The notes under the pieces are model-generated. The model made no database searches, was not told the origin of the DNA, and worked only from the letters and a program-made list of their open reading frames with translations. Position numbers and translations under genes: made by a program. A DNA stretch of 32,000 bases from Pyrodictium occultum (lineage in GTDB: Archaea; Thermoproteota; Thermoprotei_A; Sulfolobales; Pyrodictiaceae). Positions 8,237-16,261 of this stretch are shown here, piece by piece (within the stretch, counting starts at the first letter, position 1; the number at the start of each line of letters is the position of its first letter). Location: NCBI RefSeq assembly GCF_001462395.1, contig NZ_LNTB01000001.1:1380001-1412000 (forward strand). The letters run 5' to 3'.

Positions 8237-9012
8237 CTACTCGCGGCGGTAGGGCACTCCTAATATGGCTTGGAGGCCTCACGCGGCGCGGCACACCCGC
8301 CACCGCCGCCAGGGTCACCAGGTAGGGCATCGTGTTGATCAGCGTGTCGGGGCACCACGGCCTTCACAGCCGGGAGGACCTTGACCCACTCGCGGAGGGT
8401 GTCGAAGAAGCCGAAGAGCGCGGCGCCGCCCACTTCCCGCGGCCCCTCAGCCTCCTGAGGGCCTGGAAGAGCTCCCGGGTCTCCAGCGGAGTGAGGTTAG
8501 TGGTTGGCCCTATCAAGTATCAGCACGTCGACCTCGCGGAGGAGCATCCGGAGTATCTCAACCCTCTGCCGGGCCCCGAAGGACAGGCTCTCCACCGGCT
8601 CGTCGAGCGGCACGTGGAGCCCCGTCTCCCGCATAAGCTCCTCGATCCGCCGGCGGGCAGTCCTAAGCTCCCTGCCCCCGAGCCCTGGCACGATGTTCTC
8701 GTAGGCCGTGAACACGGGGACCAGGGAGAGGTGCTGGTGAACCATCCCAATACCATGGCGGAGGGCGTCGGCTGCACTCCGGAGCCGGACCCGCCCACCC
8801 CGGAGGATTATCTCGCCCCGGGTGGGGGGGGGGCGGAGGAGGCCGGCAAGGATCTTCATAAGCGTGGTCTTCCCAGCGCCGTTCTCCCCGAGGAGCCCGT
8901 GTATCTCCCCCGGCTCGAGCCGGAGGTCGACGCCACGGAGCGCGGCGGTGCCGTCAGGATAGATCTTCACTATACCCCTCATCTCGACGATGGGGCTGCC
9001 ACCGGGCTGCAA
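8237..9012 (-). pseudogene. Remnant of BMP-type ABC transporter: frameshifted ATPase N-terminal domain fused by deletion to a permease C-terminus
   Basis: ORF 8497..9012 encodes Walker A (GENGAGKTTLMKIL), a Q-loop region, a signature-like LSFGARQRVEI, and Walker B VLILD. It then stops (DRANH*). Shifting one frame gives GPTTNLTPLETRELFQALRRLRGRGK, the expected continuation. From about nt 8430 the readable sequence becomes permease-like in two further frames (AALFGFFDTLREWVKVLPAVKAVV, PDTLINTMPYLVTLAAVAGVPRRVRPPS, ILGVPYRRE*), ending at TAG 8237-8239. Confidence 0.65.
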
Positions 9013-9082
9013 TCCCCCTAGGCCCCGAGGGGGTTAGGCCCGAGGCCGCAAGGGGATGAAAAACATAGGCCAGGCCCGGGGG

Positions 9083-10105
9083 CTAAGCTGGCACCCGCTG
9101 CGCGGCCGCGGTCCTCGCGGCGAACCAGGCCTTGACGCGGCCGCTGTACCGGAGGTAGAGTATCAGCACGATCGGCTGGATGAGAGCCACCATAGCCGGG
9201 TACACGGCCATAAACCTACCCGCCTTGCCGAAGGCTGTGGCCAGCACAGCTATCGTGAGGGCCACGTTCTTGCCCGCAGTAGTGAACACAACCGCCTGGT
9301 GCTGCTCGTAGCTCAGCCCCAGCAGCTTGAGGTTGACAGCCAGGAGCAGAGAGATAGCGGCAGCGTAGTAGACCAGCATCAGCGGGGCGAGCACCACTAG
9401 GTCGTGGTAGTGGCTGACCACCAGCCTAGCCTTAACGGCGAATATAAGGTATATCAGCAGGTACAGGTTCACCAGGGTCACCGTTGAGAAGTATGGCTTC
9501 AGCTCCCCGTACTTCTCCAGTCCATAGCGTCTCTCGATGAACTCCCTGGCGGCCACGCCGAGGACTAGCGGCGCCACCAGCACCACCGCGAGGCTCTTGA
9601 GTATGAGGCCCGGCGGCACCCCGAGCGAGGAGCCGGCAGCCACGTAGCCCACAGCCGGGAGCGCCGCGAGGGATAGCAGGAAGGCCGAGGCAACTATTGT
9701 AGTGGCCGTCAGCATGTCGCCTCCCGCGAGCCCCACGTAGCCGAGCCCCATGCTGCAGCTCGGGGCCACGGACAGCAGCATCAACGCTATCTTCATGTAG
9801 GTCGAAGCGTGAAACGCCTCTACCAGCGTGTATATCAGAGCCGGCGCTACCGCGAAGTTCAGCACAAGCGCCTCGAGAACGGGCTTCAGTGTCTCCCGTA
9901 TCCTCAGCAGGCTGGCCAGCGAAAGGTTAACCATCATTGGGTAGATCATTAGGAGGACCACAGGCGTTATCAATACCGAGAGCGGCCTGAGGTTGAAGTA
10001 ATAGCCTGTCACGAGCCCGAGTATAATGGCTATTATCGTGTACTGCAGCATGTTCTCCGAGAGGTTCTTCGCTATACGCTTAACCCTGGCAGGCATATGA
10101 ACCAC
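9083..10105 (-). CDS. Bile acid:Na+ symporter (BASS/SBF) family transporter (ACR3-related superfamily)
   Basis: 340 aa with about 9-10 TM segments. MIYPMMVNLSL and LLSVAPSCSMGLGYVGLAGGDMLTATTIVA resemble the SBF signature. The likely real start is ATG at 10096 (MPARVKRIA), preceded by GGTGG. GC is clearly lower than in the flanks. Confidence 0.6.
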   Translation of the reverse strand: MVHMPARVKRIAKNLSENMLQYTIIAIILGLVTGYYFNLRPLSVLITPVVLLMIYPMMVNLSLASLLRIRETLKPVLEALVLNFAVAPALIYTLVEAFHASTYMKIALMLLSVAPSCSMGLGYVGLAGGDMLTATTIVASAFLLSLAALPAVGYVAAGSSLGVPPGLILKSLAVVLVAPLVLGVAAREFIERRYGLEKYGELKPYFSTVTLVNLYLLIYLIFAVKARLVVSHYHDLVVLAPLMLVYYAAAISLLLAVNLKLLGLSYEQHQAVVFTTAGKNVALTIAVLATAFGKAGRFMAVYPAMVALIQPIVLILYLRYSGRVKAWFAARTAAAQRVPA

Positions 10106-10109
10106 CTAT

Positions 10110-10134
10110 CCCTATCACTGACCCCTATCACTGA
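10110..10134 (-). promoter_or_regulatory. Tandem 12-nt direct repeat (CCCTATCACTGA x2, period 13) between a TATA-like box and the transporter start
   Basis: The copies at 10110-10121 and 10123-10134 are identical, and a further CCTATC lies at 10105-10110. A TATAAAAA box is at 10151-10158. This places the repeats around the expected TSS or 5' leader of the gene starting at 10096. Confidence 0.4.
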
Positions 10135-10331
10135 TATTGAAGAGATGCTGTATAAAAACATATTGTTGGCTGCAGCGTGCAATAACCAAAATACCATGTT
10201 AACACGCGTCGAGGAATGCCACCGCCACGGCTGGATGCAGCGCGTGACGCGGGCGAGACCAGGGGCCAATAGAAGGAGGAGAGGAGGCGCACGGCGCGGG
10301 GAGGAAGGCGGAGAGAAAAACGGGGCGGCGG

Positions 10332-11873
10332 CTAGCCCACCACCTTACCGTCCACCCGAACCTTGATGTTGTGCACCTTCTTGAACTCCTCGACTAGCCT
10401 GTCCCAGTCCCTCTTGTTGTATATGCAGCCGGGGTCCGGCGCCGTGGGGTCGCCGAAGTAGGCGTAGGCCCTTGCCCTGCAGCCTCCGCAGATGTTCCTG
10501 TAGGGGCACTTGCCGCAGAAGCTCTTGAGCTTCGACCGGTCCCTCAGAAGCTTGAAGAGGGGCGCGTTGCTCCATATGTCCCAGAAGGTCTTCTCCCTCA
10601 GGTTGCCCACGGGTATTGGCAGGAAGACGCAGGGGGTCACCGTGCCCTCGGGCTCTATCGCTGCGTATATCCTCCCGGCGCCGCAGCCTCCCACGAACTC
10701 CGCTACAGCCTTTACCACTGGGTCGTTGCCCACGTAGAAGTGGGTCGGAGCCACCTTACTGCCGCCGCTGAGCTGCAGGGCGACCCTGCCGTACTGGGGG
10801 GCGGTGCTCACTATCTCTATCTTCCTCCGCTGCATCTCCTTGAATATTGTGCGTAGGAACTCCTCCCTCTCCACGGGGTCAAGGTCTAGCCACATGTTCT
10901 CCTTGCCGCGGCCCGTCGGCACGAAGTTGAAGAACACCACCCTCTTCACTCCTATGGACTCAGCTAGGTCTAGTATATCCTCTACCTCGTCAATATTTAT
11001 CTTGGTGACCGTGACCGCCATGCCGTGGTTTATGCCGAGCTTGACGGCGTTCTCGAGCGCCTTCACAGCCCTCTGCCAGGCGCCGGGCACGCCGCGGAAC
11101 CTGTCATGCCTCTCGGGCTTGGCGCTGTCCACCGACACCTCCACGTAGCGGAGGCCCAGCTTCCTAGCCTTCTCCAGCTTCTCTATATCCGCGAAGGTCC
11201 AGCCGTTAGTGGCTACTGCGGCGTACATGCCCCGGGAGGCTATCTCGTGGAGCACCGTGTAGAAATGAGGGTGTATTGTCGGCTCGCCGCCGCTCAGCGC
11301 CACCGCCGCCACCCCGGCCCGGTCGAGCTGATCCACGACCCTCAGCTTCTCCTCAAGGGTCAGCTCGTTGGGGAGCGGCCTGTCCGCCCTCTGGTAGCAG
11401 TGGAGGCAGCGGAGGTTGCACATGTTAGTGAAGTTCCAGACTACGAGGAAGGGCGCCGGCATCTTCTGGGGCACGGTGACACCGTAGAGCCCCAGGCCCT
11501 TCATGACCAGGGCTACTCCGCGGCGCACCGCCGGGTCGCGGAGGGCCTCCCGGGCCTCCTCCTCGTTGCCGTGGAGCAGCCTGACGCCGAGCTTCAGCAT
11601 GTGCTTTATCACCACTCCTATGAACCTGGCTGTCACCGGACAGGAGGTGACGCTCTCGCCCGCGAACATCGAGAGGGCATGGTATATCGCCGGCGCCTCC
11701 ACCTCCCTGCCGTCGTAGACGCACTTGGCGTCCCGGCAGGCGGCGCGGAGCAGCGCCCTGGTGGCGGGGTTGTTGAAGAGCAGGCGGAGGCCCGCCAGGA
11801 GGGCCCCCATCCCGCCCCGCTCTTTCCCGCCGCCCTGCCCCTCCACCAGGGTGTCCACCATCTCGCTGCTCAT
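10332..11873 (-). CDS. Radical SAM enzyme with C-terminal SPASM domain and ~140-aa N-terminal extension
   Basis: 513 aa. The cluster motif is NMCNLRCLHCY (CX3CX2C), followed by SGGEPT. The C-terminal auxiliary-cluster cysteines are GGCGAGR...PCVF...FCGKCPYRNICGGCRARAY. The ATG at 11873 overlaps the upstream stop (ATGA). Confidence 0.85.
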   Translation of the reverse strand: MSSEMVDTLVEGQGGGKERGGMGALLAGLRLLFNNPATRALLRAACRDAKCVYDGREVEAPAIYHALSMFAGESVTSCPVTARFIGVVIKHMLKLGVRLLHGNEEEAREALRDPAVRRGVALVMKGLGLYGVTVPQKMPAPFLVVWNFTNMCNLRCLHCYQRADRPLPNELTLEEKLRVVDQLDRAGVAAVALSGGEPTIHPHFYTVLHEIASRGMYAAVATNGWTFADIEKLEKARKLGLRYVEVSVDSAKPERHDRFRGVPGAWQRAVKALENAVKLGINHGMAVTVTKINIDEVEDILDLAESIGVKRVVFFNFVPTGRGKENMWLDLDPVEREEFLRTIFKEMQRRKIEIVSTAPQYGRVALQLSGGSKVAPTHFYVGNDPVVKAVAEFVGGCGAGRIYAAIEPEGTVTPCVFLPIPVGNLREKTFWDIWSNAPLFKLLRDRSKLKSFCGKCPYRNICGGCRARAYAYFGDPTAPDPGCIYNKRDWDRLVEEFKKVHNIKVRVDGKVVG

Positions 11874-13297
11874 CTACCCCACCTCATGTAGTGTACAATG
11901 GTATCCTTTATCCAGGAGAAAACCTCCTTGAAGAGAATCCCGGCGAGGTCCCGGAGCCTGCCCGCCCTCAGCTCCCTGCCTATGAAGGCGGGCCTGAGGT
12001 AGAAACGGCGGTAGGCGTACTTGATCATCCTGCCGAGGTCCTCGCGGGTGAAGTGGAAGCCCCTCATAACCGGCCTTATCGTGGTGTAGTGCTCCCAGTT
12101 CCAGTCCTCTATCAGGTTGTGCTTCTTCGCGTAGTAGTAGAGGGGGGTGCCGGGGTAGGGGGTGAGCACTGTGAACTGCGCGTAGTTGGGGTCGAGCTTT
12201 ATAGCGAACTCCACCGTCCTCTTCATGTCCTCTATAGTCTCCCAGGGGAAGCCTAGTATGAAGGAGCCTAGGGCGAAGCCCTTAAGCTCCTTCACCCACT
12301 GGAACACCCTCACAGCCTGCTCGAGCCTCACCTTCTTCCCTATCCTGTCCAGCGTCTCCTGGCTAGCCGACTCGACGCCGAAGTAGAGGGCTGTGCACCC
12401 GTTGTCGTAGAGGAGCTTCAGAGTCTTCTTGTCCATGTGGCTTACCCTGGAGCCGCAGGAGAAGGTTATGTCGAGCCCCCGCTTCTTCAGCTCGTCTATG
12501 AGCCCGTAGATGAACCTCCTGTTTATAGCCAGGTCGTCGTCCGCGAATGCTATGTGCTTGGCCTTGTACCTGTCCACCAGAAACTCTATCTCGTTAGCGA
12601 CATCCTCGTGGCTGCGGAACCTTATCCGGCGGCCCCAGAAGTAGCTGGTTATACAGTACATGCAGCCGTAGGGGCACCCCCTGCTGGCCATGACATGGGC
12701 TATCTGGATCGGCTTGCCGAAGAGCGTGTACTTCTCCATGGGGAGGAGGTGGCGTGCCGGCCAGGGGAGCTCGTCGAGGTTCTTTATGAACGGCCTGGGT
12801 GGTGTAACCTTGACCTTGCCGTCCTCGTCCCTGAACGCTATCCCTTTTATGTCGCTGAGCACCTCCCTGCTGAACCCGTACTTCTCCAGCGCGTTCACCA
12901 CTTCCAGGGTGGTGTACTCTCCCTCACCCCTCACCACTATGTCGACGCCGTTGCTGAGGGCCTCCTCGTACATGAACGTGGGGTGGGGGCCTCCAGCCAG
13001 CACTACCACGTCGTCTCCCAGCTCCTGCTTCACCAGCCTGGCCGCCATGTAGCCCTTGGGCGCGGTTGGGGTGAGCATCGAGATGCCTACCACGTCGGGG
13101 CTCCAGGACTTGACCTCGTGGAGCCAGGTCTTGGTGTCCATCTCGAGGGTGGGTGTGTCAATTATCTTGACCTTGTGGCCGGCGCGCTCCAGCACCGCCG
13201 CTATGTAGGCGAGGCCGAGCGGCGGCGCCTTCATCCCGGCCACGCGGTAGATCTCCAGCCGGTGCACGTCGGGGGGTACCGTGAGGAGGACCTTCAA
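11870..13297 (-). CDS. Cobalamin (B12)-binding-domain radical SAM enzyme (class B)
   Basis: 475 aa. The N-terminal Rossmann-like B12-binding region is PPLGLAYIAAVLERAGHKVKIID...PDVVGISMLT...VVLAGGPHPT. The radical SAM motif is ASRGCPYGCMYC. TTG start at 13297, with a GGTGGA Shine-Dalgarno-like element just upstream. Confidence 0.85.
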   Translation of the reverse strand: MKVLLTVPPDVHRLEIYRVAGMKAPPLGLAYIAAVLERAGHKVKIIDTPTLEMDTKTWLHEVKSWSPDVVGISMLTPTAPKGYMAARLVKQELGDDVVVLAGGPHPTFMYEEALSNGVDIVVRGEGEYTTLEVVNALEKYGFSREVLSDIKGIAFRDEDGKVKVTPPRPFIKNLDELPWPARHLLPMEKYTLFGKPIQIAHVMASRGCPYGCMYCITSYFWGRRIRFRSHEDVANEIEFLVDRYKAKHIAFADDDLAINRRFIYGLIDELKKRGLDITFSCGSRVSHMDKKTLKLLYDNGCTALYFGVESASQETLDRIGKKVRLEQAVRVFQWVKELKGFALGSFILGFPWETIEDMKRTVEFAIKLDPNYAQFTVLTPYPGTPLYYYAKKHNLIEDWNWEHYTTIRPVMRGFHFTREDLGRMIKYAYRRFYLRPAFIGRELRAGRLRDLAGILFKEVFSWIKDTIVHYMRWGR

Positions 13298-13447
13298 TAA
13301 TCCACCCGTCGGTAGGTAATACCCTATCGCGTACTGATACGGGTGCCCGTAGATCGGTTACCGAGGGGGCTCATGTTCTCCCGCAGATTAACGAATGTAC
13401 AATGTATGGGAATGGTGCGGGTTACGCTGCACCCCCCGGGGCCCCTC

Positions 13448-14096
13448 CTAGCGCCCGGGGAGAGGGGCCAGCCTACGGAGGGCGGGCGAGACCCGCGCCA
13501 GCTCCTCCAGCGTGGAGGGGACAAGGGGGAGGACCAGGTGCAGCACGTCACTCCCCGCGCGGAGGGCCTCGAGGACGCTCTCGTAGAGCCTCTCGGGGCC
13601 CGCGCGGCCCCAGGCAGCCTCGACCACCGCGTCGAGGAGCCTCTCCGCGGCCTCGGGGCTCCTCCGGTGGAGGAGGTGGAGGAGCCTCACAGCGTTCACC
13701 CTCACCTGGGCCTGGCCCAGGCCCCCGCCCACGTAGATGTAGAGCATGTGTGAGTGGGGCGTCCTTATACACTCGTCCCCCAGCGTCTTGCAGTCCAGCT
13801 CGTCCAGGGGCACGCAGCCGTCACGCAGGTGAGCCACCGCGCCCTTCCGGTGGATGAGCGTGAGGCTGAAGCTCAGCGGGGGGTAGCGGTAGAGCTCTAT
13901 GTCCAGGGGGCTCCCCGCCTCCTCCAGGAGGGCCCAGAACCGGCGGACCCGGTACTCGTTGTAGCCGAGGCACCTCAGCAGAGGGGTTATCACCGCCGGG
14001 GGGGTCGGTGCAGCGCAGCCCCAGCTCAACACACTTCCCCAGCAGCCTATCGAGCGACCACGCCACCGCCTCGACGAGGAATGGCTGCAGCTTCAC
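13448..14096 (-). CDS. Hypothetical protein, apparently split by a frameshift in a C7/G7 homopolymer
   Basis: ORF 13448..14032 (194 aa) and ORF 13821..14096 both have high GC3. Removing one base from the G7 run at 13998-14004 joins MKLQPFLVEAVAWSLDRLLGKCVELGLRCTDPP to AVITPLLRCLGYNEYRVRRFW. I did not recognise a family. Confidence 0.45.
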
Positions 14097-14193
14097 AGAG
14101 CGGGCAACCCCTATCCCCGGGGAGGGGCCCTGGGGCTGGAGATAAGCGCCTCGTTGCCGGCCTCCAGCCCCCCGGGTGGCTGAGGGGATAGGG

Positions 14194-15516
14194 TTAGCCC
14201 GCCTTGAGCTTCTCGCGTATCTCCCGTATCTCCTTGGAGTCGAGGGGTATCGCCTTCCCTATGTCGCTGAACTTCACGCCCATGGCCTCCGGGTCCTTAT
14301 TCTTCTTGAGCGTGTCGGCTAGCTTGTAGACCTCCTCCCAGATCCAGCCCGGTATCTGCTCCCTCATCTTCTCGACCTTCTCGTATATCTCCTGCTTCTG
14401 CTCAGGCTTTATGCTGCCAGCCTTCACTGCTAGGTCTAGGAGGGTCTCGAGGTCCTCTAGCCTGCTCAGCGCTACACCGCCATCGGCTAGGCCGAGCTCC
14501 ATGACGCCGCCGTACTTCTCGATCTCGCCGCGGTAGTACTTGAGGGCCTTCCCGGCCGCCTTGTAGACGCCGACGTCGACCCGCTTCATCACGCTGGCTA
14601 GGATGAAGCCCGGCTTTATCCAGTCCTGGTCGGCGTCGACGCCTACGGCGAAGGCCGGGCCCATGGTCTAGCCCTGCTTCTTGGCAGCCTCCTCAACCGC
14701 CTCGAATATGCCCAGGCCCGTCGCGCCCGCCACGTTGTATACTATGCAGGCTCCCTGGGCCAGCTGGGCCTCGGTGGCCGTCTTGCCCCTGGCAGGGTCG
14801 TTGAAGGCGCCGGTGTAGGTGTAGAGCATCGTGAGGGGCTCCACCCTCTTTCCTGTGTGCTTCTCGTAGAGCTTCTCGCCGTAGCGGATGCCCCAGTAGT
14901 AGCCCGCCTCGAACTTGTAGAGCACGGGTATCTCCATGCCCAGCACTACGCCCACCGCCTTGCAGCCCTAGTAGTGGGCCCCATGCCCGCCAAGGCGCCG
15001 GCGAGCACGCTGCCCCCAGGCTCCTTGAAGAGCACGCTCAGCGCGTTGAGCTTGTCGGGCACGTAGCCGTCTATTATGGCGAAGAGCTGGTCCGGGTACT
15101 CGTCCGCCACCTTCTTCACGGCGTCGGCCATGAGGAAGCCTACAGCCACTATCACCGCGCAGTAGCCGCGCCTGGCGAGGGTGTGGAGGTTGGGCAGGTA
15201 GTCGCTCTCACTCGTGCTCTGCACCTCTATCAGCTGGAGGCCGAAGTCCCCGGCGGCCCTGCTCGCGCCCAGGTAGGCCATGTCGTTGAAGCTTAGGTCG
15301 CCGCGGAGGCGGATATCGTAGACGGCGCAGATCTTGTTGCGCTTAAGCTGGGCGGTAGCCGTCTTGCCGGCGCTGGTGGCTGGGCAGGGGAGCCGCCGTC
15401 GTTGTGGGGGACGCGGCCCCGCCGTGGGTGCCGCTCCTCATCGCCATGAGCGCGGCGGCTGCAGCAGCCACTATGACCACTACGGCCAGGGCGGCGGCCA
15501 GCGTCCTGCCGCTCAT
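14194..15516 (-). pseudogene. BMP-family (Med/PnrA-like) ABC transporter substrate-binding protein, disrupted
   Basis: Four pieces in three frames. (1) Signal anchor MSGRTLAAALAVVVIVAAAAAAL plus a T/P linker. (2) KICAVYDIRLRGDLSFNDMAYLGA...GFLMADAVKKVADEYPDQLFAIIDGYV...SVLFKEPGGSVLAGALAG. (3) GVVLGMEIPVLYKFEAGYYWGI...IVYNVAGATGLGIFEAVEEAAKKQG. (4) An in-frame TAG (14668-14670), then MGPAFAVGVDADQDWIKPGFILASVMKRVD. The frameshifts lie at about 15343-15437 and about 14956-14975. Confidence 0.75.
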
Positions 15517-15565
15517 ACACTGCCCCACCGCGAGGGCAAGGAGGGCCCTCAATAGGTCTCCGGGG

Positions 15566-16261
15566 CTACCTCCCGGCGGCCGCTAGGAGGGGGACCACGG
15601 CGGGCGCCACGAGGGTTATGACCACGCCGTGAACCAGCGCCACGGCGGCCTCGTAGGGCCCGCCGTGGAGCGCCACCACGGGGAGCCCGGTGTCCATGGT
15701 AGTCGCTCCCCCGACCGCTATCCCCTCGACCCTCAGCCCCCGCCGGGCCAGCGCCGGGTAGAAGGCCAGGTGCATCGCCTCCCTAGCCAGGTTGGCCAGG
15801 AAGGCCACCAGCCCGTAGACAGGGTCCACCGCCGCCAGGGCGGGGCCCGCGAGGCTGTACCAGCCGGCGGCGGCTCCGAGGGCCGCAGCGGCCCCCGGAG
15901 GCATGGTCCCGGTGAAGGCGGCTAGCGCCGCGGAGGCGGAGGCGCTGGCGGCCATGGTCGAGGCCGCCAGCAGCAGCCCCCGGGAGGCCGCCTGGGCCAG
16001 CCTCGCCTCCTGGGCGGGAAGCTGCCCGCCCACGGCAACCCCCGCCGCCAGTATGAGCGCGGCGAGGAGCGGCTCCACCAGCCCCTCCGGGGCCCGGAGC
16101 CCAGCATAGCCCGCGGCGACGCCGGCCAGGAGGACCAGCAGCGTCGCGGCCGGCTGCGGCAGCGGCGGCCTCTCAGCCACCCCGGCAGCGCCCTGGGCGT
16201 GGAGGCGCTGGCGGGCCGGCACCCCCTCTAAAGGGGTGCCCCAGGGGCCCACCCTTATCAC
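15566..16261 (-). CDS. LysO/DUF340-family membrane protein (large piece)
   Basis: Hydrophobic, Ala-rich protein. GWYSLAGPALAAVDPVYGLVAFLANLAREAM...GGATTMDTGLPVV matches my recollection of the lysine-exporter LysO/YbjE family. A GTG at 16180 is a more plausible start and removes the overlap with the cupin gene. Confidence 0.65.
   Translation of the reverse strand: MIRVGPWGTPLEGVPARQRLHAQGAAGVAERPPLPQPAATLLVLLAGVAAGYAGLRAPEGLVEPLLAALILAAGVAVGGQLPAQEARLAQAASRGLLLAASTMAASASASAALAAFTGTMPPGAAAALGAAAGWYSLAGPALAAVDPVYGLVAFLANLAREAMHLAFYPALARRGLRVEGIAVGGATTMDTGLPVVALHGGPYEAAVALVHGVVITLVAPAVVPLLAAAGR

Noticed and set aside
10123-10134. CTATCACTGATA within the repeat is identical to the core of the bacterial tet operator (TCTCTATCACTGATAGGGA).
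   Set aside because: The match is a 12-nt stretch in an archaeal promoter, with no TetR-like gene nearby and none of the vector features that would suggest contamination. It is most likely coincidence. The repeat itself is kept as a finding.
13324-13375. 16-codon micro-ORF (MSPLGNRSTGTRISTR) just upstream of the B12-radical SAM gene, considered as a possible RiPP precursor.
   Set aside because: The only TATA-like element (13387-13392 region) is too close to its ATG for the ATG to be transcribed in a typical archaeal promoter geometry. The peptide has no Cys or other typical modification-target residues and no leader-like region. It is part of a longer GC-artefact ORF.
14668-14670. In-frame TAG in the BMP-family gene, considered as possible recoding (pyrrolysine or read-through).
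   Set aside because: There is no Pyl machinery context or methylamine-methyltransferase setting. The same gene also has two frameshifts, so simple nonsense decay is the economical explanation.
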